From Lytechinus pictus (taxonomy: Eukaryota), in contig NC_087251.1 in the NCBI RefSeq assembly GCF_037042905.1, positions 32,550,001-32,614,000 on the forward strand: a stretch of 64,000 nt of DNA, written 5' to 3'. A program made the position numbers and the translations under genes. Within the stretch, counting starts at the first letter, position 1. The number at the start of each line of letters is the position of its first letter. A model generated the notes under the pieces. That model searched no databases. It saw only the letters and a program-made list of their open reading frames with translations, and had not been told where the DNA came from. This document shows positions 1 through 12,666 of this stretch, piece by piece.

Positions 1-1379
1 AATCGTATAACTTTTCTCCGTCTAAATTTAGCAGAACATGAAACGTCAGTATCATTATCCTACGTGTCATATAACTATATTAGGGGAGATTTGGTGTTTG
101 AATTCACCCAAAAATTTATTTTTTGTATTATTAATAGGTATTGGGCTACAAATAGAACGCTTCTTTATTTTACCCCAGCCTCATCACTCCCGTCGCCGCC
201 CCCCCTCTCTCTTTCTATACTTAAACATATTCCTCAAACGCAATAATTCCATTTCTCGTTCTCCCTTATTCATTCCTTCTTAATTAAGTAATTGTCATTC
301 GAACCTCCATCCCACTCAAACTGTGATACAATCACCCCTTTATTGATGTTGTCGCTATTCATCTTTTTCAAATCAAATATTCAGTTTATTTTAATTCATC
401 TTCCCTTCACTTTCTACAAATTTCTAACCATTATTTATTGGTCTGCCAAATTTAACTACAACCAATGCATGAACTACAAACCAATGAATCAGAAAAGTTG
501 TGTGGAACGGATAATGACTGGTTTCGTATGTCACATTCGTTCTAATGTATTCAATTCCCTCCCATATCTTGTTCTTATATAGCATTACTAAAAATGACCC
601 AAAACATACAACCATAACAAACAGGTCGGACTGCCAAAGTGCCAAGGGATCAAGCTAAAAATATAAACCAATGTACAATGATACGGACAGGATATTTCTA
701 GATACTCTATATCACCCACTGCGATGAGTAAAATTTCCTGTATCTAAGAATGTAAATTCATTCCGTCCGCGTGAAAATAACGTCCACTTTCAAAACAAAT
801 TCCTTTCCCACATATTACAGCATCGTCATTCCATAACAAAATATGAGTAGTTGAACCTGACAGGATCCTGTTTTCATGTTAGAAATTATGAAACCAATTC
901 TTTTTCAATCAAGCTTATTTTACTCCTTCGACATTACACCTTTTAAGTATAAAGTGGAGTAGACTAATATTATCATTTCGATCTTTTTGTCATAAATAAA
1001 TGTTCACATTAGTCTGATCATTGCGTCGATAATTATAAAACAGTGTTAGCAAATTAATATTGGCAAAGTGCAAAGAATGCTTCTTTATTTTACGCCTCCC
1101 TCATCAAATCCTTTTTCTCTCACTCTCCCGCTCCTCTTCTTTCTACTTCAACTTATTTTCCTTCCTGCAAAGAATTATCAAATTTAAATCAAATGATTAA
1201 ATTCACATTCCTCCCCATCTCTACATCATCCCCTTCTCTCTTAATCTCCCTCTCTCTCTCTTTCTCTCTCTGATTCTATCTATTTCGTATTCTTTTACCT
1301 TCATATCACGTGACTTACGCTACTGTGTGGACAAACGATGGGAGTTTCAATTCTTTAAACGAAGTCTGTGTGATTCAAT

Positions 1380-1960
1380 TATAACAGTATCAAAAATCTT
1401 TCCCAGAACTAACCGGATACGGATATATCCGTATTAGATTAAAATCATCTGAATAGTAAAGAGGGGAGCTCGTAACCGTATACCTTCGAAACTTCTTAAC
1501 GAAGATCATTATCGGATTAAAATAATTCTTTATCTGCTCTAAGAATCCGATCATGAACGAGTAGTACGTGCACAGTCATTATTATGATTTTTTTTTCTAT
1601 CAACTTTTCATGACCTCTTCAGCAATCTAGCCTCTAGCTGTTATTCCAAACGCTACTGTTATATCCGAGAGTAAACGGATGATGAACCTCCCAACTAATA
1701 TTATTCCTCGGAAGTATTTTTCATTTCTATCACCAGAAAACTACTCCCAGAACGATTCTTGAAATGCCACTGCCCCTCCAGTTGTTGAAACATCGATAAT
1801 AACAATAAAACCTTCTCTACTTTTTGCAGCATCAGGTTAACATCGAATGCTGAAGCTCATCTACATAAGATGTTGACTCCTTGTCTGATCTTTGAATGCT
1901 ATTGATTTGCAACGGCATCGATATATAAAGAATAGCTAAAACTTCTCTCCTTTATTTTTC
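1380..1960 (-). mobile_element. decayed RTE-like RT fragment
   Basis: Minus strand FKIRQGV-like (~1895-1875), followed by GIILVGRFIIRLLSDITV (a degraded GIxIGGxxIxxLRYADDTV). Confidence 0.4.
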
Positions 1961-3516
1961 TTTAACTTATTTTGCGTTTTCGTCATTGGATGAAGCATTC
2001 AATATAGGCCTAATGTTCATTAACCGAATATGCTAAACTGTCCAACAAATTATTTGTTTGTCTAATGATAAAAATGTCGTAAATCAAAGACTCAAGCCAG
2101 GGCTGGCGTCATTACAAAAAATGGTATAGGTAAATTGTTTTTAATGTATTCCTTTTTTTAAAGAAATCTGATAGTGAGATAAAAAGGCATATTAAAGTCA
2201 ATAACTGCATTATTTTTCACATCGAGTCAGAGTTTTGAAGAGGGAAACTTTTGAAAGCTAACAATGAGAAGCAAAAAGAATCGTTACAGAAAAAGAAGAA
2301 AAGACTTACAGCAAGTATGAAATGTTATTGTGACCAGGTAGAGCAAATGTTTTTACACGTGAATTAAGACGAGTGTTGGGAAATGTCTTCGTTAAATGTG
2401 GATTTTACATAACCGTTATTTCCGACACAGTTGTATATAGGAAAACGGTGGTATCCTCAATTTAAAGATAAACAAGACAAAAATAAACATGGTGATCATC
2501 CAGGAAAAGTGATTACGTAATTTCACTTGCTTTTGAATAAGGTCAAGTAAGTAGATTATTTTGATATATATTTTTTTCAAAAGTGAAGAAAGTAGTCGCT
2601 GACGAGGTGAAATTTAAGATAGGTTCACAGAAGGGAGGTAAAATGAGGTAAGTGATTACGCCATATGACGTTGGGAAGACGTTATTCACAATTATGTTGG
2701 AAGTTGATGGGATAAAAAGGATTATGCTGATTACAAGATAATTATGAAAATGAAGAGTTACTCAATCGTTTTCATATTATCAGTCTGTTTGTCTTTAGTT
2801 CGAAGGAGATTAGTGTGCATTTTTACATGTTTGTCAGAGGCCTGTGTCCAATTTAAGGGAGATCAGTGGCCATTACAAGGACTTGATCTTAAGGGATTTT
2901 AGACATACTGGTCATTATTAGAACAGGTGAAGTGACCGCTTTGAGGTACTTCTTTACGTCAGAACCCCGACCCGAGGTATCGTGTCTGTCATGTGGTTTT
3001 CCTTCGGTAATTGCTCTACATAATCCACCCCAAATTATTCCATAAGAAAAATATGAAGAAAATATCTTCTTAAGTCCCGACCACAAGCTCTTGTTTTTCC
3101 CGCTCGACCTTCGTTATTCCTTTGTAAGTATTACTTTCATTTTCTAGGGGATTTGGGGAGGTGTGTTCGGTTATTACAAGAACTTGTGACAGAGAGGGAA
3201 GGTATGTATTGTTGATAAACTGAACAGGAGAGGCGCCACATCGGGTACAGGAGCGGCCGATTATTCAAGTAGGGAAAAAAGTAGGGGAGAATAAAAACAG
3301 TGACAAAAATTAAGAAAGGAGAGTAGCATTATGTGTTATCCTTGTTATTTCATTGAGAACATTGACGTAACTTTTACGCCATCTTGCCCCCTCCCTCCCT
3401 ACCATTAAAACATCCTGGCGTCTCCCCTTACCCTGTACTTGCATACCTGGCAGCTATAGTATTATACACAAATTGGGGACTTCTCTGCAATCTAAGAAAG
3501 GACTACTATTGTTGAT

Positions 3517-3651
3517 CAGGGCTCCGTAAAACAAAGCTTAGCAATGATCGTATAAATATTTTCTACGATTGATTCCATTGACTAGAATGTACAATCAATC
3601 GTGAAAATCAAACGTACGATCAATCGCTAACCTTTGTGTTATGGGACCCTG
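3517..3651. mobile_element. short Harbinger-like MITE
   Basis: cagggctccgtaaaacaaagcttagc versus revcomp of the right end cagggtcccataacacaaaggttagc; internally palindromic. Confidence 0.8.
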
Positions 3652-4356
3652 GATGTCTTGATTTTACTTCCTTTATAATGAACGTACAAAAATATTGTTT
3701 CCAACAATACTCAGGAATTGGATATTCTCCATCTATTCTAATATTTGCATTTATATACTTAACATTGCACCTGGCTTGCTGCTGTTTTTGTTTTGGGGTC
3801 ATTTTAGTATGAAAATGGATTCGATTCAAAAGACCTGTATAAACACGCGATGTCACCACGAAATCATTGTGTTAGAAAATATATCGTGACTAAACATATG
3901 GCAGCATAAAGCCTAATTTCTTTGTTTCATACAATATTATACTTCTCATTCGAACGTGGCCCCATGACTTTCTTATCCAATTTATGATCGTGTTTACTTC
4001 ACGTGTATCGCTCCTGTTTTTTTTTATCAAAAGAATGTGAGGATATGACTATAATATGATATGCGGAAATTATTTGATATCACCGAAACAGAAGCAGAAT
4101 CTTACTGTCTACAAAGGGATAACCAGGCCTCAAAGACTTTATTCCTGAGCAACGAGTGAAGTAGAAAAATAACAAAGAAGTTCGGCAGAGTCATTTCAGG
4201 AAAGTAGCGAAAATAACGCATTTTCTTACAAAGGTGTGTCTGAAACACGAGAGAACTCTTGTATTAAATGATGTTCTATATTTGTCACAGTGAATTATGG
4301 GAATAAGCATCATCGTTTCTTCACAATTTCGATAAAAAAATTCTCATACCATTGGT

Positions 4357-4597
4357 TGAAACTGGAATACATCTGACTGCAGACCAGAAGAAAAATACAA
4401 TATTCTTTCAACGACATGGATGACACTGTTTGAAAACTGACATTTACAGACAAAGAAAACAAATTGAAATAAGGTCTGAAACTGGAATACATCTGACTGC
4501 AGACCAGAAGAAAAATACAATATTCTTTCAACGACATGGATGACACTGTTTGAAAACTGACATTTACAGACAAAGATAACAAATTGAAATAAGGTCT
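4357..4597. repeat. 120-bp tandem duplication (2 copies)
   Basis: 4357-4476 and 4477-4596 differ by one substitution (aaagaaaac vs aaagataac). Confidence 0.95.
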
Positions 4598-6862
4598 ATA
4601 AGAAAGATGAACACTAATTACCTTGAAATAAATATGCATTGCTAAAAACTTATATCCCCTATGGAAATAAAGACGTACCAATAGGTAGAAAATATTTTAA
4701 ACTGATACATAACCTGGCAAACTCGCATAATTATGATCAATTTGATATCCTAATAAACACTTATTGTTGGCAAAAAAAGCTCTATAATATTGTTACCCAA
4801 TGTTGACTATCGATTTTTTTTTGGGGGGGTGTTCACTTTAATCATTCAGTTGTACTGACTGATATATTACGTGACAATGCTAAACAATATTCCATTTTTG
4901 TAATGAATATCTGTCAATGGTCTTGATTATGACATAGTTTTCATGATGACATCTTTACACAGATGTTGCTCGAAGACAAGTAATAAGTGATGACAGTTAG
5001 GAAAAACATTCACAATATTTCCTTCTTATATTCGCTGTCTCATGCCCCTCTCAGAGTCCGTGTCATGAGTCAATGTCCAATGTTCTTTCCGAAACAAAAA
5101 TTGCATTGTAATAATCATCGGAATCGAATTAAAGATAATCCCTCTGAATCGAAATCAGAAGGAATTACAGAGGCCGAGGTCTTATAAAGAGATTTAATCC
5201 TCAGAAGGATTGAAAACAGTTGAAAATTTAAGAGGGTTTTCGGTTTCTATATCTTCTTCTTTTATTAAGCATGAATTTAATTACTGAAAACTTGATTTAA
5301 ATCTATACGTCTGATAAGCCCATAGTGCATTATAAAGAAGTATTGAAGTATTGCCGTATGCATGCATTGTGGGTACAGCAGATATCAATCTCTTGTCCTC
5401 TTGAGGATTCGGTCAGCTTTCAAACTTAAGAACGGGAAAATCAAAATTCATATCAATGGGCGAGGTCTCATGTTATCTCGATAACTAATCGAATATTTGT
5501 GACTCCGTCATTCTATACTTGTTTCATTGTTTCAATTTCTTACTATTAATTGTGTGAAGTTAGACCACAAAAAACATAAAAAGTTAAATTTCAGATAATT
5601 TATTTTGGGCGGGGTCAGTGGGAAATCACACATGGAACATGCCGATCATTATGATCAGAAGAGAGGCCTAGAGTCCGTCTTCCAACACGAGAAATTAAGT
5701 AGGCGTAGTTGAACTTAAACCAAAAATCTCGTTAATTGTGTATATTTAATTTTTTTTTCTTCGGAAAATACGTTTCTTTCAACAACTTGTTCGGTTAAAA
5801 ATGAAGAAAAGAAACGAAATATTGTTTTATCTACCAGTATTTCACTAATTTATCCTCTTAAAAAGGGGGTTGCTGAGGACCAGTGCTAATCGTACAGAAG
5901 CAATCACGTGATGTTGTAATATAGGCCTGCTGACGTCACGTAAGACGCAAAGCCCCCCTCCTTTTGTTATCAATATTTCGTTTTCTCTCGTGACTGTCGA
6001 AGGTGACTCGGGTGATACCACATCTGTGATCAGAAAACTTCTTAAACCGAGGTTGGGAACAGATGACGGCCTCGCTTCATCAGCATCATGACAGAGAAAG
6101 TTATTTCAATAAATCTAAGAAAACTGGCTTCCTTCGACTTGTTTTAAATCACATTTTAATTTCAAAGTATATGACGGCCTACAATATACCTTTGATATAC
6201 ATGTATATATTGATTGCTACTATTGTTGCCTTGTTATGCCCTAACACTTCATAAATCAAACACAGCTTGACGTTTGTTCTTTCTTTTTAATCTGTGAGAA
6301 AACGCACTGGTGATTGCGCTTGAATTTCAATTTTCTCAAAGTAAACTTATGATCATTTGTTTTTCAGTCATCTACAATCTTGCCAACAATGGGTTGATTT
6401 GGACAAGCTGCCACAAGCAAGAGCAGATGTCTTAGAAGTTGTCAATTAACTTTAAATGATTGATACTTCGATCACATGATGATACAGTTAGCCATTACTT
6501 AGAGGGAATCTAAAATGGGGATTGAATTAAAAACGAAGAGGAAATCATCTGTTTCCGTCATGCTTGGCTTAATACACTGGGGTAAGGTTTCACAGGAAGC
6601 TGTGACTGATTCGATTGTTTCCTTCACAACAAGCTCATCTTTACTTCAGTCGAAAGAAGGATGCCTAATCGAAATGACATTGGTGGGCTGTCAAAGGGCG
6701 CCTTTAAGTCAGCCTTATGTCTTGTGCTCATTCTTAATATCCTTTATCAACGATATGATGGGAAATGTTTGTATTAATTGCTTTATAGGCCTACAAAGGA
6801 CTAGCACTTTTCCACCATTTATTTTGATATTTATATAGAGTTTTCGGAGTGACCGAGCCACA

Positions 6863-7005
6863 CACTCTAAAATTTTTTAACTTTAACTTGTTGGTAAAAA
6901 AATCCCAATTTATTATTTTTCCATACAATTAAGATTTGACCAACAGTTGGTCTGTTCATATTCGCACCAAATTATAGCTTGGTTTAAAAAAAAGATCTTA
7001 GAGTG
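6863..7005. mobile_element. degenerate CACTC-terminal MITE
   Basis: cactctaa...ttagagtg termini, with partially inverted ttggt/accaa internal motifs. Confidence 0.5.
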
Positions 7006-7858
7006 TAGACAAAATTATTTTGACTTGGATTTAGATCTCATTTCAACCATGGTTCAATATTTAGTCCTTGTTCTGTCTTGTAAATTTCATTTAATTGCAT
7101 TTATTTCTCCAAATTCAAAGGTAAAAACAAACATTGTCATCCAAACACCCACAAGACACATTTTCATGTAAATTATAGCAAAAGGTATTTGTGTATAAAG
7201 AATTTCAGGAGTTGCTCATTTTTCTAAAACTTTCCACAGCCACACTTAATTCCCGCCCTCGTATCTATATACAAACGCAAGGCATATTAAAAACAGGCGA
7301 CATATTCTATGAGCAATATTCGTATGAAGGGGATATAACAATTACAACCTTATGGAGATAGTCTACAACTTAAATGTATTAAACATGATGATGTTGAGTT
7401 GATACATGTTTCACCACACCCCTTATCGATGCCATTCCGGAATCGAGCACTTCTTGTTCGTTTATGGCTCACTCGTCGCCTCGCATCTTCCCTTTCCCGC
7501 CGTCGCATGACATCAGAAAAGTAAAGAAAATTGACTGGAGCATGCAGACGACATCGTCACCCATGTAGACTCAGTGCGAGTGAATCACAGTGCAAACAAC
7601 CCCCACTCCCTTTCCCTTCCCGCCCCGTGGATTCGGGTGCCAAAAGAGTGTCAAAGGAGTCCATCCATGGTCTTAACATCATCATAATCATTTAGGCGTG
7701 ACTCTGAGCTGGAATTCCTTCGGGAATTCCTTTGATAATGGATGCTCCTGTCGGGAGTACAGTAAAGTCCCGGAAGGAATGTGAGCATCAGCAGTAATGG
7801 TGTGATGTGTACTATCTCCATCCCCAAAATCTTATCTGTTACTGCTCTTTGCGTGATC

Positions 7859-8025
7859 TGGACCCCGTTGCATAAAAGTTCCCATTATGGTAACCTGGCC
7901 ATGCAATAACTTGTAACTTGCATCTAATCCTTGATTTTGATTGGCTGCTGATTAGTGATACCATGGTATTTACCATTGCATGGCAAAGTTACCATTATAT
8001 AGAAACTTTTATGCAACGGGACCCT
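7859..8025. mobile_element. short Harbinger-like MITE
   Basis: Exact 17-bp inverted repeat cccgttgcataaaagtt (7864-7880) / aacttttatgcaacggg (8004-8020); central gattggctg. Confidence 0.8.
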
Positions 8026-10029
8026 GTTCCCTGTAAGAATTTTCATCTTCAAACATAATACGCCTATATGTACCTGAAGAGGTCCTGATGGTTATGGCAG
8101 CTATCGAGAAGAAAGGTACACTGTGTACTGGGGTGTTATACAACTTACACAAGTCACTCTTACGGGCCACACACTGAGGTATTAAAATTACACCCTAAAG
8201 ATTGAATATAACACCAAAGAGTGTTTGAATTTTAAATTAAATTGAATAACTTAATTGTTCATAAAGGAAATTCCTTTTTTCTGGTTTACGCACATGTAGA
8301 TACAATGTACACTGTGTTTTTATCATCAATGATTATCTGTTTTGTTTTGCTTGTAATCTCATCCACCATTAAGTATCATTATCCTTTAACTACTGCGGTT
8401 ATAATGTGACTGGAAAATCTATAAAAACACGTGATTTCAAAACGTTTTAAGACACATGTTGTTCTTTAGTCTTTTTTGTTTTCATGCAGCAACACTGATT
8501 GCATCGCAAACTTTTGCCTTCGTTAAATTCCCTCCCTTTCACTCAGTATACACCCAAACACTCGGGGTGCGGAATTATGTTTCTGAATATAACATAATAT
8601 TGCAACTACTCGCTAATCCTTTTCGTTATTATTCGGAAATAGACTAATTACACGAGATTAAATTGGTAATTAAAGCCTTTCTGGGTCTCTTATCCCATGA
8701 AACCTGATACACACTATCAAGTTTATGTCCAGTGAGTGAAAAATATATTGTGAGGAGAAAAAAGTATATGCATTTTATATGACGTCGACTGCTCAATTAT
8801 ATTCCCTATACATTTTAAATGGCAATCATTTGCCAGATACGTAACACGTTAGCTAATGACCCCTCACCCCCTCCCCTCTCCTCCCCCAAATAAAATCATT
8901 TCATATTATACCATTAATACAAATCGAGTTCCAATTATTCATTTTCTTCTTTCAACTGTCACTTTTTGCAGTTTTACTTCATATTTTGTAGATCATTCGT
9001 ACTTTTCACTCGTTTTCTCTCGTTTGTCTCTATAATTTCTCAACCTTATTAACTGATGACAAAACTTTCTGTATTTAAAGTTCATCATCATTCGCGGCGT
9101 GATCATTTCCTTTTAGTCAGAAAATGTGTTTAGAGATGATTTATTTTCAATAACATTCATTCAATAGTACATGGGAACTCTTGCTCCGGCCCTCAACTTT
9201 TCGTGTTTATAATTATGAAAAGGATGTATTGTAGAAGATAGTGAAAAATAACGTTTTGGGGAATGATAAACAATGACTACCGGGAATGAAATAATGAAAT
9301 AACAGATACAGGATTAACCAAATTAAACTACATTCCTACTTCCAAATGCCACATCAAGTTTATATCTTCGTGTTTTCCAGATAATTCACGATTTTGGTTT
9401 GAACTTGATACTATTAAATGTAAATCCTTTGATATACATGATATAGGAAGTATACTGTCTATGTTATAGTTCAATTTACGCCAAATGTAATATGCACGCC
9501 TGAAATGTACGGGAGGCAATATTTAAAACAAGACGTGTGAATATTCCTTTGATCATTTCTTAATTGGGAGTTCAGGGCACTAATTCATGATGCGTGACAG
9601 CACTGCCAACAAGTTGCCATTCTCTCTGACAACTACCATACTGTCAGAGGCCATTGCCTGTCAGCCAATCAAAACCTGATATTTCACTGAAATTGTCAGA
9701 AATGACAATTTAGTCTTTGTCAATGCTGACATCTCTATATCACCCCCCCCCCGAATTCGATCTTGTGATTTGTCTATTCAACACACAAGTTCATTTCAGC
9801 GTGGTGAGATAGTTTTCTTAAGTTTAGCAAAGTGTACCACAAGTACATAAGTCATGATAGGTGACAGGATGACATTATAACAAAGGATGGCTATTAGAGC
9901 TTTGATAATTGAATTTTGTTTCGTATCATTGTGTATCATAATTATATAAACTTCACATTATAAACTAAATCTGTTATGACTTGTGAATTATATTAGCGAA
10001 TCGGGCATTTCTGCGATTTTTTTTTATTT

Positions 10030-10820
10030 GCAGTTTGTTCTATAGTAATTGAGATTAGAAATTTCTGAAACTTCGAAAGCTATTAATCATCATATTTTCC
10101 GTCTACAATGATATACCAGAAATGGATGTAAATTTAGGTTTAACAAGAGAATGGGAACATAAACTTGGATAGGCTTACTTGGTGGTCACCTTGGCAACCG
10201 AGAAAACACCAAACCCGAGGAACTTTTCAAAGATGAGAGTCATTAGTTCATATATAAGAACATTTCGTTATCACGATTATGATATGATCTTCTTGTATTG
10301 GGGGAGAAGCAAGTCGAAATTGTGACTGAAGAAGCCAAAGAGATAATCCCATCTAATCACAAAATATCTCCAAATAACATCTCTGTTTAATCAATGAAGA
10401 GGATGGCAACATTATGTTGTTTCAAGGGCTCCAAAGGGAAGAACATTTACATGCAGAACGTAATCTGATGTAATCAAAGAAAGTCTTTGCAACTTGGAAA
10501 AAATCACCCCACCCCTCTTCAGAAGACGTTCATGTTTTTCACACAGGATAACCTATCACTTTCGATTGAGGGGAAGATAAGGCATTTACCCTCTCGAATT
10601 ATCGACAAATAAGGATATAGCTGAATTTGGGGCCGCCTTTAAAAAGAAGCCTCAACGACCCAGACACTGGATAGGAAGCAAAGGAAGGGTGGTCCAGGTC
10701 TTAACGGTGAACCTTGAAAGATCCAGGACCGTAAACATCCCCTAATTTATCGAACCTAACACGGGGACTAGTCGATATGAAGTTACAGGTATTAAGAATT
10801 ACTTCCAAGAAACGCAGTAA
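10030..10820 (+). mobile_element. highly decayed RTE-like LINE fragment
   Basis: Frameshifted remnants in the expected order: LLY(G)GEA (~10290-10310), RRR..F (~10520), RKGGP..T (~10680). Purine-rich strand bias. Confidence 0.45.
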
Positions 10821-11457
10821 TACATATCGGCCTCTCGTCACAACTTAGTACTACTCTCAAATCATTTCAGAAGACAACTTCTCTAATATTGATCAGCACA
10901 AAGCTCTCATTGACGATACATTCTGGATAGACAATAATGATTAAAAGACAGAAATTTCATAAAAGCAATTATCACTTTTGGACATGTTAAAGATATCGAG
11001 AACATTTAAGGGGAAAAAGAGGTTTTATCCTATTTGCCCTCGAGGCTCGGACAGCAATTTTGCTCCTTTTGAAATCCTTTACTTTTCAACATACCAATTA
11101 TTCAGTGATTGCCTTGATATGATATCCAAGGTAAGTTGGGTTCACTTATAACCTCATGCTAGGCAATATCCCATCTTGAGTAAATCAAGTTTAGACCTAT
11201 TCCTCAGGCATCCCAATTTGATCGGTTCATTCACATGAGAGAAAAGTGCAAAGGAAACTTCATTTGTCTGAGTGTTCAACACAGTTGTCTCATAAGGGAG
11301 CATCAGTGGCCAGTGAACTTGTACTTTCCCAGAACCCTTTAATTATGTGTTGCCTAGGGTGGCATCACATCACAAGGGTCCATAGGTTCAGGGGGTGGGG
11401 ATGGCGTTGAAAGGGTTGCTATGTCGAAGGGGGTTGCCTACCTATACCCCCTCCCCA

Positions 11458-11656
11458 CACTGCAAAAACTCCGGTGTTAATTTAACACCAGCCCGGAATC
11501 TATATATGTCCACACCAGAGAAGTATTGAAACAACACCAGTTTGGAATCAAACCGATGATCTTTTAATACGAATTGGTGTTGTATAAACAATTCTCTGGT
11601 GTGGACATATGTAGATTCCGGGCTGGTGTTAAATCAACACCGGAGTTTTTGCAGTG
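11458..11656. mobile_element. 199-bp palindromic MITE with CACTG termini (CMC/EnSpm-like)
   Basis: cactgcaaaaactccggtgtt...aacaccggagtttttgcagtg; arms about 80 bp, nearly perfectly inverted; 2-bp direct repeat CA on both sides. Confidence 0.9.
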
Positions 11657-12139
11657 CATGTACGCCCGTTTTAAAATACCTGCGTGCATTTTCTATACTG
11701 TATGTTACTTCTCACCCCTCCCTCCAATAATCGGGGGGGGGGGGGGTAATACCCCTTCTGCACCCCTGCGTCGTCCCCGTAGCTACCCCATAGGCGGAGA
11801 AGATGACCCCTTACAATTCAATCTCTTGTCACCTAATAACACAACATCAAGATCAAAGGAGGGCAAAGCCCGGTAACATCTTTAAGAAACCATTACTCAA
11901 TAAACACATATTACCTCGTGGGGGTCTATGGGGACGCAAATGGAAAGGGTATCGACCATGAATATTTAAATTAGTAATGAACATCAAACTCTCTAATGAA
12001 GAGGGCCCCTCTAACCCCGCTATCTCCCCATCTTTAGGTCTGCACATTTAGGTAAATACGACAAAAATGGAAGACAAATAAACATAACACTATTATTCAT
12101 ATCTTCATTAGTAATATTATTATTTTTATTTTTTAAAAT

Positions 12140-12252
12140 ATAGTGTAGTGGTAGTAGTAGAAGTAATAGTTGAATAAGAAGTAGTAGTATAGTATAGTAT
12201 AGTAGCAGTAGTAGTAGTAGTAGTAGTAGTAGTATAGTAGTAGTAGTAGTAG
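12140..12252. repeat. (TAG)n microsatellite running into an assembly gap
   Basis: tagtagtag... up to the Ns at 12253. Confidence 0.95.
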
Positions 12253-12666
12253 NNNNNNNNNNNNNNNNNNNNNNNNNNNNNNNNNNNNNNNNNNNNNNNN
12301 NNNNNNNNNNNNNNNNNNNNNNNNNNNNNNNNNNNNNNNNNNNNNNNNNNNNNNNNNNNNNNNNNNNNNNNNNNNNNNNNNNNNNNNNNNNNNNNNNNNN
12401 NNNNNNNNNNNNNNNNNNNNNNNNNNNNNNNNNNNNNNNNNNNNNNNNNNNNNNNNNNNNNNNNNNNNNNNNNNNNNNNNNNNNNNNNNNNNNNNNNNNN
12501 NNNNNNNNNNNNNNNNNNNNNNNNNNNNNNNNNNNNNNNNNNNNNNNNNNNNNNNNNNNNNNNNNNNNNNNNNNNNNNNNNNNNNNNNNNNNNNNNNNNN
12601 NNNNNNNNNNNNNNNNNNNNNNNNNNNNNNNNNNNNNNNNNNNNNNNNNNNNNNNNNNNNNNNNNN
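12253..12666. other. assembly gap
   Basis: Run of N. Confidence 1.

Noticed and set aside
10175-10215. Gypsy integrase GHLG motif
   Set aside because: Isolated 4-aa match; surrounding remnants fit an RTE-like LINE better.
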